This document shows positions 38,085-47,900 of a DNA stretch of 64,000 nt, one piece after another (within the stretch, counting starts at the first letter, position 1; every line of letters begins with the position of its first letter). Location: contig JAGAIS010000001.1 in NCBI GenBank assembly GCA_017626405.1, positions 358,885-422,884 on the forward strand, written 5' to 3'. Source of the stretch: Bacilli bacterium (GTDB taxonomy: Bacteria > Bacillota_I > Bacilli_A > RF39 > UBA660). The notes below the pieces were generated by a model. That model was not told the origin of the DNA, searched no databases, and saw only the letters and a list, made by a program, of their open reading frames with translations. Both the position numbers and the translations under genes were made by a program.

Positions 38085-38141
38085 GTATGTTAAGAATTAT
38101 TAAATAATGATATAATTATTTTAGAAATTATGGAGGACAAT

Positions 38142-39032
38142 ATGGTAAAAAGAATTGCGATAATTGAAATTGGTAGTAATAATACCAAGACACATATTTA
38201 TGAAGATGGAAACTTAATTAGCGAAAATAATATTACTATAGAATTTAAGAAAAACTATAAAAAGGAAGATAAAATTCAATCTTCTGATTTAGATAAGTTA
38301 TATGATATTATCAAGTCTGTTTTAGAATATACTGATAATGTTCATATTTATGGTTGCAGTATATTTCGAAATATAACTGATGAAGAGCTAAACGAAATTA
38401 ATAAAGATTTGAAAGAAAAATTTGATTTACAAATCGAAGTAGTATCTCAAGAAGATGAAGCAAAATATACAGCATTAGGATGTTATAATAATATAAAATA
38501 TGATGGCAATTTATGTGTGTTCATTGGTGGCGGTGGTTCTATAGAACTAATCTTTGTTAATAATGGAAAAGTTATAGAAAAAAAATATTATGATTTTGGA
38601 GTTGTTGATATAACAAATAAATTTAGTAGTTTAAAGGATGATATACCAACTTGTACTTTTGATGAGGTTTATAATTATGTTGATGATCTTATTGGAAGTT
38701 TAAATGTAAAAGCAGATGTTTTAATTTTAGCGGGTGGAGATCACTTATATTGGTATAATAATGCAAGATATGATTTGCAAAAAAATACATTATATGAGTG
38801 TGAAAATCAAAAATATGTTATTACAAGAGAAATGAGTGATAATTATGACAAAGACGCCTTAGTTACATCTTTAGATAAAATAAGAGAGAATAGTGATAAT
38901 CCATTATGGTTTGATGGATCAAGAGCAATGAAGGTTATAACAAATTTAATTTCTCATAAAGTAGATGCTAAATACATTATACCTACAAAAATAAATATGG
39001 AAGATGGTTTAAAAGAAACATTAATTCCATAA
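38142..39032 (+). CDS. Ppx/GppA-like phosphatase family (ASKHA fold) protein
   Basis: IAIIEIGSNNTKTHIY (phosphate-1 like), VFIGGGGSIELIF (phosphate-2 like). ATG at 38142 uses the GGAGG at 38132. Confidence 0.65.
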   Translation: MVKRIAIIEIGSNNTKTHIYEDGNLISENNITIEFKKNYKKEDKIQSSDLDKLYDIIKSVLEYTDNVHIYGCSIFRNITDEELNEINKDLKEKFDLQIEVVSQEDEAKYTALGCYNNIKYDGNLCVFIGGGGSIELIFVNNGKVIEKKYYDFGVVDITNKFSSLKDDIPTCTFDEVYNYVDDLIGSLNVKADVLILAGGDHLYWYNNARYDLQKNTLYECENQKYVITREMSDNYDKDALVTSLDKIRENSDNPLWFDGSRAMKVITNLISHKVDAKYIIPTKINMEDGLKETLIP

Positions 39033-39201
39033 ATGGATGAAAAATATTTGTTGTAAAAAATTCAAATATTACCTTTTAGAAATATATGTAGTATAATTGC
39101 TTATATTGAAGTGGTGCCAATATATTTATATAGGGGGTTCGATATCTAGTCTCTAAAGGCTAGTATGATTTGAATCTCGAGTACTTAGTTCAAGTATTTA
39201 T

Positions 39202-39231
39202 AAAAAACTAACTAGAAATAGTTAGTTTTTT
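39202..39231. terminator. bidirectional hairpin terminator
   Basis: AAAAAACTAAC tagaaata GTTAGTTTTTT. Confidence 0.6.
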
Positions 39232-39306
39232 ATAAATATTAATGATAACTATTAAAACGAATTAATGTTAATTGTTAATTGTTAAAGAAAAAAATCTAAC
39301 AATCAG

Positions 39307-40347
39307 TTAGATTTTTTTAATATCTATTGCTTTGTGTCTTTTTATAAAGTGGAAGAATATATAGAATATTCCGCAGAATATAATAAATAGGTAAAAACTG
39401 ATTCCTCTTAGTAAAATCATTGCTGAAGTAGCAAACCTCGATCCATAGATAAATCTATTTATTTGTAGTAATAGTCCTTCGCTTATAGCAACACCACCCG
39501 GAGTAGGTACGAAGTCACAAGCTAATGTTAAACATACTTGGAAGGAAATTAATTCTGCATAAGATAAAGTGTTAAAACCAAAAGATTTATAAATTAGATA
39601 ACTAATAGATAAAAGAGATAATCTTTGAAATAGTAGAATAAAGAATGATTCAATTAATATTTTAGGATTATCTTTAGTGAATTTTGCACATTTTTGATAT
39701 CCAGTAATAGCATCATTTACTTTAACTTTTAAGTTGTCTTTATCTTTTACAATGTGCAATTTAGAACCTAAGAGAATTAATAAATCTATTATCTTTGGAA
39801 TTAATTTTTTTGAATATATTAAAGCTATCATAAATAATATCAATAAGAGAGTTGTAATATATCCGAGTGAAAAAAGAATAACAAATAATTTATTTTGTGA
39901 AAATATATCATCATAGAATAATATAAAAGCAAGAGTTGCTAAAATAAGTAGACATATTTTATAAATTGCTGTATGTAGTAAAACTACTACCGAGTTCATT
40001 TGATAGTCAACTCCGTCTTTTTTCATTTCAATCATTTGGACTGGTTGGCCTCCAATACTACTTGGTGTTATAGCTGAGAAATATACTTCAGTGAATAGAT
40101 AACCGAAAGCTTGATACCAATTTATTTTCTTATTGAAATGATAGAACATTCTCTTAGTATATAGACTTGCAAAGAAAGAATATAAAAAAACACATCCAAA
40201 AGCCATTATGATATATATGATATTGCAATTTTTTATGGAATCAATAAACATATCAATTGAATAATCTCGTAAAATAAAGTAATATGTACCAATTAATAAA
40301 GCTAAAAATAAAATAATAGATAGTATATATTGCTTTTTATTTTTCAT
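39307..40347 (-). CDS. MprF-type flippase-like (UPF0104 / LPG-synthase TM domain) membrane protein
   Basis: 346 aa with ~8 TM helices. The N-terminal YFILRDYSIDMFIDSIKNCNIIYIIMAF pattern is typical of UPF0104. A terminator hairpin (39288-39320) overlaps the stop. Confidence 0.65.
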   Translation of the reverse strand: MKNKKQYILSIILFLALLIGTYYFILRDYSIDMFIDSIKNCNIIYIIMAFGCVFLYSFFASLYTKRMFYHFNKKINWYQAFGYLFTEVYFSAITPSSIGGQPVQMIEMKKDGVDYQMNSVVVLLHTAIYKICLLILATLAFILFYDDIFSQNKLFVILFSLGYITTLLLILFMIALIYSKKLIPKIIDLLILLGSKLHIVKDKDNLKVKVNDAITGYQKCAKFTKDNPKILIESFFILLFQRLSLLSISYLIYKSFGFNTLSYAELISFQVCLTLACDFVPTPGGVAISEGLLLQINRFIYGSRFATSAMILLRGISFYLFIIFCGIFYIFFHFIKRHKAIDIKKI

Positions 40348-40440
40348 GTTTTCACTTCCATTATAAGTCTAACATATTAAAATAAAAAAATACATATTTT
40401 TCTATGTGGGAACATAAAGGTATATTAAGTACTCATAAAT

Positions 40441-40469
40441 TTGACTTTTTCTAATAAAAGTGTTAATAT
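40441..40469 (+). promoter_or_regulatory. sigma-A promoter at the head of the cohesin/giant-protein locus
   Basis: TTGACT, 17 nt, TAATAT. Confidence 0.55.
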
Positions 40470-40520
40470 ATGTAGCCAACAACCGAGAAATGTATCTTTT
40501 GAATAAATTAGGGGGTTTTT

Positions 40521-41222
40521 ATGAAAAAGAAATTATTTTTAGGATTATTTGGTATGACTTTATGTTTACTACCAAATAATGTGCTTGCTTTGAATGCTTC
40601 TGTAAATGTATCTGGAAGCGATACTGTTAATGTTGGAGAAAATTTTAAAATAAGTGTATCAATTAATGATGTTATGGGTACTAATGATGGCATCGAAAGT
40701 TTTAGTGGACAAGTTAGTTATGATAGAGAATTGTTAGAATATATTGGGGTTGAGACAAACAATTCAAACTATGATTTTTTAGTTAATGAAGATAATTTAA
40801 AATTAGCAGCTTTAGATTATACTATGGCAAGAGGTATAAAAGAAGATACAATTATATATACTTTTACTTTTAGAGCAAAAAGTACTGGAAATACTAGTAT
40901 TTCTATTGATAATTTAAAAGTAACTGATTCAAAATCATATTTGGATGTAAATGTTAATTCTTTAAACTTTTCTATTATTAATAAACCAACGACGACTGCG
41001 AAATCAAATATATCTACTAGAGTAATTGCTAGTAAGACATTTAGTAAGAATGCTGTAATAGAAAGTACAACTTTAACTACTGAGACAACTACATCAACTA
41101 GTACAACTATTAAGGCAAACAATGTTGAAATTAAAAAAAATGAAAAACAAACTTTAGTAAAGTCTATAAAGAATGCTATAAGTGATTTCATTAATAAGAT
41201 TAAAAATATATTTAGAGCATAA
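40521..41222 (+). CDS. secreted cohesin-like protein with Thr-rich tail
   Basis: Signal peptide (..NNVLA). Cohesin-like aa 24-153 (nt 40590-40979): LNASVNVSGSDTVNVGENFKISVSINDV...FSGQVSYDRELLEYIGVE...YTFTFRAKSTGNTSISIDNLKVTD. Then KPTTTAKS..TTLTTETTTSTSTT and a basic amphipathic C-terminus. Confidence 0.62.
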   Translation: MKKKLFLGLFGMTLCLLPNNVLALNASVNVSGSDTVNVGENFKISVSINDVMGTNDGIESFSGQVSYDRELLEYIGVETNNSNYDFLVNEDNLKLAALDYTMARGIKEDTIIYTFTFRAKSTGNTSISIDNLKVTDSKSYLDVNVNSLNFSIINKPTTTAKSNISTRVIASKTFSKNAVIESTTLTTETTTSTSTTIKANNVEIKKNEKQTLVKSIKNAISDFINKIKNIFRA

Positions 41223-41302
41223 GATGCTCTTTTTCTTTTGATTTTTTAAAAAAAATATACAATTTAATATAACATATGTTATAATTTTTCTAGGAAGTAG
41301 AG

Positions 41303-41854
41303 ATGTTTATGAAAAAAATTGATTTTAAATTGAATAAAAAGAAAATATTTATTATTGGTGGGGTAGTATTAGCACTTATTATATTAATAGTTGGTTTAGT
41401 TATCTTAGTTCCTAAGTTTACTTATAGTCAAGAAAAAGAATTAACTAAAGAACTTAAAGATTTAGGAAAATCATTTTATGAAGATTACTATTATAATGGT
41501 TTAGCTAAGACTGATGAAGAAAAGATTGAATTTGTTAGTAGATATAAAGATTTGGGAATTAAAGTAAGTTTAAGTAATGCTGCTAGGGTTAAAGTTAATG
41601 AGACTGATGAAATTTTAAAGAAGTTTGTAAACAAGAAAACTGGAGAAGAATGTGATGCTGATAGTTCAATGATTACGATATTCCCAAAAGAACCTTATGG
41701 GGTTAAAGATTACTCAATCAATGTCAACTTAGTATGTGGTTTTGAAAAAGAAACAACTACTACAACTCAAAAAGAAGTTCAAGTAGAATCTAATAAAACT
41801 TCTGAAAAGACTTCAGAAAAAGAAAATGATAAGACGACAAAAAAAGCTCAATAG
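41303..41854 (+). CDS. hypothetical N-terminally anchored protein
   Basis: TM helix IFIIGGVVLALIILIVGLVILV, a ~110-aa domain, then an ETTTTTQ...K/T/E-rich tail. Confidence 0.55.
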   Translation: MFMKKIDFKLNKKKIFIIGGVVLALIILIVGLVILVPKFTYSQEKELTKELKDLGKSFYEDYYYNGLAKTDEEKIEFVSRYKDLGIKVSLSNAARVKVNETDEILKKFVNKKTGEECDADSSMITIFPKEPYGVKDYSINVNLVCGFEKETTTTTQKEVQVESNKTSEKTSEKENDKTTKKAQ

Positions 41855-41877
41855 GAAACTATTTGAGTTTTTTTTAA
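41841..41877 (+). terminator. Rho-independent terminator
   Basis: AGCTCAATAG gaaa CTATTTGAGTT stem with one bulge, T8 run. Confidence 0.55.
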
Positions 41878-41896
41878 TTTTATGATTATTTAAATG

Positions 41897-41925
41897 ATGA
41901 CAAAGGAGTTAAGTTGTAGTATAAT
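41897..41925 (+). promoter_or_regulatory. sigma-A promoter of the 14.45-kb gene
   Basis: ATGACA, 17 nt, TATAAT, about 30 nt upstream of the ATG at 41956. Confidence 0.55.
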
Positions 41926-41955
41926 TTTCTTATATAGGATAGATGGTAAAATTGT

Positions 41956-44900
41956 ATGAGAAGTAAAAGAATTTCAAACAACAATTTTTTATTTAATATA
42001 AAACTAGTATTAACATGTATAATTTTGTTAGTACTTTTTTGCGTTTTTCCAATAGATGTAAAAGCTATTCATGGTTCAAATGTCTATGAATTTTCTTATT
42101 CTGGTAATTATGAGGTGTTTACTGTTCCTAAGAGTGGCTGGTATAGATTGGAAACTTGGGGAGCTCAAGGTGGATATAGAACAAACTCATCTATGGGTGG
42201 AAAAGGTGGATACTCAAAAGGTGAAGTATATTTAGAACGTGGACAAGAATTATATGTTTATGTTGGTGGATTTGGTAAAACTCACGGTGGATGGAATGGC
42301 GGTGGATTTCAACCTGTCACTAAACAATATGGTGGTGGAGCAACTGACATTCGTATTGGCGGAACTTCTTTATATCACAGAATAATTGTCGCTGGTGGTG
42401 GTGGTACTGATGGTGCTACTGGAATAGCTGGTGGCGCTGGAGGGGGATACTGGGCTGGTAATACTTCTGGTGGATGCGGTTCTGGTGGTAATGCAGCTTC
42501 TATGTCTGGTGCTGGTAGTCATCGTGCTTCATTCGGTATTGGTGGAGACGGTGCATCATGGAGTGGCGGACATGCTGGAGCCGGTGGCGGCGGCTGGTAC
42601 GGCGGCGGCGGTGCTGACCCTGATGGCTCTGGAGATGATGACAAAGGTGGTGGAGGCGGATCTGGATTTGCTTGGTCTGCTCAAAATGCCACTTATGCTC
42701 CTAGTGGATACAAGGTTCCAACGAGCCTTTATATGACTAATTTATCATTTGGTACTGGTTCAAGAAGTGGTGATGGTTTTGCAAGAATTACTGAATTAGT
42801 ACTTGATGGTATTACTTCTATTGAAATTAATAGAGGTACTGTTCCAATTGATTTTAAATACAACAAATACACATATTATCTAACGGTCGATAACGATGTT
42901 GAAAATGTTAGATTTAATATTGAAACAGAAGATGACTTTACATTGACTCAAAGCAATAGAAGTACAGATATGACTACTAATTTGAGTGTTACTAATATAA
43001 TTACTTTGACTGATAATGAAACTGGTCTAGTTACTACTTATACAGTTAATGTTAGAAAACAAAATTACTATTTAGCTAATGTTAATGGCAATGTAAGGTA
43101 TAACTACAGTTATACTGGAGAAACAGAAAAGTTCTACGTTCCTGCAACAGGTATTTATACGATTCAAACTTGGGGAGCTCAAGGTGGTTATCGTAATGCA
43201 AATTACCAATATGGTGGACGTGGAGGATATAGTTCTGCTGATATGTACCTTGTAAAAGGAGAAGTTCTATATGTAAATGTTGGCGGACAAGGAAATACCA
43301 TTTCCCTTGATGGAAAAACTAAAGGATGGAATGGTGGCGGTTATGCAACCGGATATTATGCTAATGGTGGTCAATGGTATGAAACTACTAACATTTATGG
43401 TGGTGGAGCTAGTGATGTAAGATATGGTGGAAATACCCTTTATAATCGTGTTGTTGTAGCTGGCGGCGGTGGTGCTGTTGGTGCTACTGGTTATGCTGGT
43501 GCGCCAGCATGGGGATCTTCTGGTACAGGATGTGGTTCTGGTGGTACTGCGGGAGGTTATACTGCTGGTGGTACTTATCGTGCTACATTTGGACGCGGTG
43601 GTGATGGCGGCGCTTGGAGCGGCGGATATGCTGGAGCCGGAGGCGGAGGATGGTACGGCGGAGGCGGTGCTAATCCTGATGGTTCTGGAGATGATGACAA
43701 AGGTGGTGGAGGCGGATCTGGATTTGCCTTTACATCCGGACTTGCTCAATATGTTCCAAGTGGATATTTAGTAACAAGCAAAAATTATCTAACTAACGCA
43801 ACTTTATTGGGCGGAGGTTCTTCTTTCCCTTCACCTAGTGGCTCAAATGAAACTGGACATGGCGGAAATGGTTATGTTAGAATTAGCCCAAAATTAATAA
43901 ATGGTGTACAATCTGTAACTATTAATGATGGAGAAGTACCAATAGATTTTGACTATACAGTTTATACATACTATATTCCTATTCTAGATAGTGTTGAAAA
44001 CGTCAATGTCTCATTTATTCTAAATGATGGATATTCAATGGTTGAAAGCTATCAAGGAAGTTATGTCCTAGGAGATAAAAAAGATTATGTCTATTCTGTT
44101 GATGTTATTAATGATATAACAGGATTAACTGTAAATTATACAATTCATTTTAAGAAACAAAGTGGATATTTAATGAGTGGAACTACTGGTTCTTATGGCT
44201 ATTCTTATAATGGTTATCCACAAAAATTTGTTGCTCCTGCAGCAGGTATTTATACATTTGAAGCTTGGGGAGCTCAAGGTGGACATAGGGGTGCCAATAA
44301 TAGTGGTCGCGGTGGTTACTCGACTGGACAGATGTTTTTAAATAAAGGCCAAATAGTTTATGTCTATGTTGGTTCTAATGGCAATAACAAAGGATGGAAT
44401 GGTGGTGGTTACCAACCTGGCATTGGAATATATGGTGGTGGTGCATCAGATATTCGTGTTGGTGGGCAATCGCTTTACAATAGAGTTCTTGTAGCCGGTG
44501 GTGGTGGTTCCGTTGGTGCTTCTGGAAATTATGGAGGTGTCGGCGGAGGTACTACCGGAGGATATGGTGTCGGTTCTTATGGTGCGTTAGGTACTCCTGG
44601 TACTCAGACTTCTCCTGGTGGCGGAGGAATTGCTGGTTCTTTTGGAATTGGTGGTAATGGTTACTCTGCTAATGGAGGACATGGTGGAGCCGGAGGCGGC
44701 GGTTGGTACGGCGGTGGCGGTTCAACCGTTGATGGTTCTGGCGACGATGATAGAAGTGGTGCTGGAGGTTCTGGTTTTGTATGGACTAGCGATACAGCAA
44801 GTTATGTACCTGATGCTTACCTTGTATCGGAAAACTATTTCTTAATGAGTGCTAAAACTATTGCTGGAAATGCGGCTTTTCCTAATATAAATGGAACAGG

Positions 44901-47900
44901 AAATGAAACGGGTCATGCAGGAAATGGATTTGTTAAAATTTCATTCTCATTATCATATGATTTTGATATTACGGTAAGTGACAATGTTACATTAGATAAA
45001 GAATTTGACTATGATATTAAAGAATATGTAGGTACTTTATCAACTAATGATTCTTCTTTAGTAAATTTCAATGTAAGTGAAAGTGATTCAATATTAAAAG
45101 TAGTTGGAGATGGAACTCAAGAAATTCATGTAGGTGATAATACATTCAATATAGTTATCACTTATGTAAATGGAGCTGTCGAAACATTCACTTATCATAT
45201 TTATCGCGAAGCCAATAATATTGATTATTTGAATAATATTTACTTTGATGAACATCCATTAAGTGAATTTAATGGTGGAGTAGAATTTAATAAAGATACT
45301 TTAGAGTATAATTTAACTTTACCTTATAATATGGATGAATATGAATTGACAGTAGACAAAGGTTCTGCAGATCAAATTATTACTAACTTAGGTCATGTAA
45401 TAAATAAAAACAATAGTTATAGTATTCCAATTTCCGTTACTAATGAAACGGGAAATAGTACTAGAACTTATATTTTAAATATAACTTTACCTCATTCAAG
45501 TGCGTTAAAGAAAATAACGTTTACTAGTAGTGGAGATACTGTGATAGAATTCCCAATTGAGGAAGGTAAGACAGAATTCGATATAGATTTTGAAAGTTAT
45601 ATTGCGAGTATGATTGCAACGCCTGAAGTATATGATGGAGAAGCTAGTGCTGTAGTAACTGGTGATGGTTATATTGAAGATGATGAATATATAATCGAAA
45701 TTGATGTAACTGAACCTCATGTTGATCCAACTCATTATGTGTTGCATATTAGACGTATTACTGTTAGTGGTTACGAAAAAGGATTAACTTACAATGGGAA
45801 TGTCCAAACAGTTATCATTCCTTATAGTCACGAGTATTTATTGCAAGCATGGGGAGCTCAAGGTGGCCGTGGTGGTGGCCGCGGTGGTTACTCTTATGGT
45901 TCCGTATTCCTAGAAAAGGGAACAGTTCTTTATGTTTATACTGGTGGATCTGGTGATTCTGGCGGATTTAATGGTGGAGGTACTTCAAAAGCCGGTTATG
46001 GTGGAGGAGCATCAGATATTCGTGTTGGAACAGATTCATTATACAGCCGTGTTATCATAGCTGGTGGTGGTGGAGGTCACGGAAGTGACGGATGTGCTGC
46101 TGGTGGCGTCGGTGGAGGCTTAAGCGGTGGAGGATCTGCTGGTCAAGGCTCATGTGGAACTCAAGCTGGTGGAGGTACTCAATTAGATGCCGGTGCTTAT
46201 GGTCAATATGGCAATGCTTTAGGAAACAAAGGTAAATTTGGACGAGGTGCTAATGCTCCATCTACTGGTGGTTCTTACTACGGTGGTGGTGGAGGCGGAG
46301 GCTTCTACGGAGGAGGTTCAGGTTCTACTGCTGGTTGGTCAAACGGTGGTGGTGGTGGTTCAGGTTATGTTTATACTACTGAAACTGCATCTTCTGTTGA
46401 AAGAAATACAAACTGGTTATTAGATGAAAATTATTATTTAACTGACGCTGCTACTTTAAGTGGTTCTAATCACTTTGTTAGTCCAAGCGGTTCTATGGAA
46501 ACTGGACATTCTGGAAATGGATATACAAAAATATCTATTCCATATCAAAATAGTGAAAATAATTTCTTAAAGGGAATTGTTTCAAATAAAGGTATCGTAA
46601 CTCCTGAAGAATGGGATTATGATGAGACAACTTACTATTTAAATCTAAGTAGTAGTGATGTTGAAATCAATATTGAAGGTATACCTGCAGATGGAAAAGC
46701 TAGTGTAGTAGGAAACGGAAACTACGTTATTGAAGCTGGTACTACTGAGATTAATTTAATCGTAACTAGTGAAAGTGGACACACTAGAACTTATACATTA
46801 ATTGTTATAAGAGATGCGGATTCTAATCCAAATCCTAAAAATATCAGTGTTAATGGTATGCTTGAACAATATTGTTCATTAATTGAAGGAGCTTGTGATT
46901 ATTCATTTGATGTTGATGTTCATGAATATGATATTACAGTTCCTTATCAAATAAGAGAAATTGTAATGGTTGTTAATAAAGGACATTATTTCCAAACTGT
47001 AAATGGTGATGGATTATATGCCCTTAATGGTGGAATGAACGATATTGTTATTAATATAACAAGTGAAGATCAAAGTTCTTCTTCAGAATATGTTTATCAT
47101 ATTAATAGAGATATGACTGGAAATGCAGATTTGAGAGTTTTAAGACTTACTGATCCAGAATATGAATTGAACTATTCATATAATGTTAGTGATTATTATG
47201 TTACTATTCCTCATGAAAAGGAAACGGTTACATTAGAAGCTATTGCAGATGATCCAAATGCTACAGTTAATATAGTATATCCTGATGGAGAATTGGATTA
47301 TGGTACTAATGTAGTTTCTATAACTGTTACTGCTCAAAATGGAGTTACTAAAGAATATCGAGTATTTGTAAATCGCCTTGAAAGTAATAATGCATTCTTA
47401 AATGAATTAGTTATTTCTAATATAACTGATGGTAAAGATGAAATTATTACACCAACGCCAGAATTTAATAAAATGAACTTAACATATAATATGGTTTTGG
47501 AAAACGATGTTACTAAGATTAAATTTGATGGTGTGGCTGAAGATGAATTTGCAAGTATTGAAGGATTAGGGGAGTACGAATTAAATGTTGGCAATAACAC
47601 GATTAAAATTACGGTTGTTGCTCAAGATGAGAGTAAATTAACTTATACATTTAATGTAAATAGAAAAGCCAATGCAAATGCATTACTATCTTCATTATCG
47701 ATGGATGAACATGCGTTTACTGAAGCTTTTGAATCAGAAAAATTTGTTTACTATGTATATGTGACTGGAGAAATTACTACTGCTACTATTAATGCAACTC
47801 CAGAAAAAGATACATCTACATATCAGATAATTGGCAATACAAGTAGTTTAGTTGCCGGTAAAAATGAGATTGTTGTTCGTGTAACTGCCGAAGATGGAAC

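Noticed and set aside
8383-38141. Longer N-terminal extensions given by the ORF track for polA (8383), gltX (18684), sigma factor (22223), ylmC (24393), lspA (24654), SAP-like (36246) and Ppx/GppA-like (38130).
   Set aside because: In most of these cases an internal ATG is preceded at 5-9 nt by a clear SD, and the shorter product starts at the conserved N-terminus of the family. For lspA and the SAP-like gene the SD is weak. The extensions add hydrophobic or arbitrary residues.
39133-39146. gggggttcgatatc resembles a tRNA T-arm (GGTTCGA).
   Set aside because: No acceptor stem, anticodon arm or matching 3' strand can be drawn around it.
35931-40347. Genomic island integrated at tRNA-Leu (accessory-looking genes lie downstream of the tRNA).
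   Set aside because: No integrase, transposase or phage genes are present. I found no direct repeat of the tRNA 3' end downstream, and there is no obvious compositional break by eye.
42431-46423. Out-of-frame and antisense ORFs inside the glycine-rich modules (42431-42736, 43267-43749, 43469-43771, 44618-44845, 46238-46423).
   Set aside because: They arise because GGT/GGC-rich coding DNA lacks stop codons in other frames. They repeat only because the underlying modules repeat, they have no SD sites, and they lie wholly within the 14.45-kb ORF.
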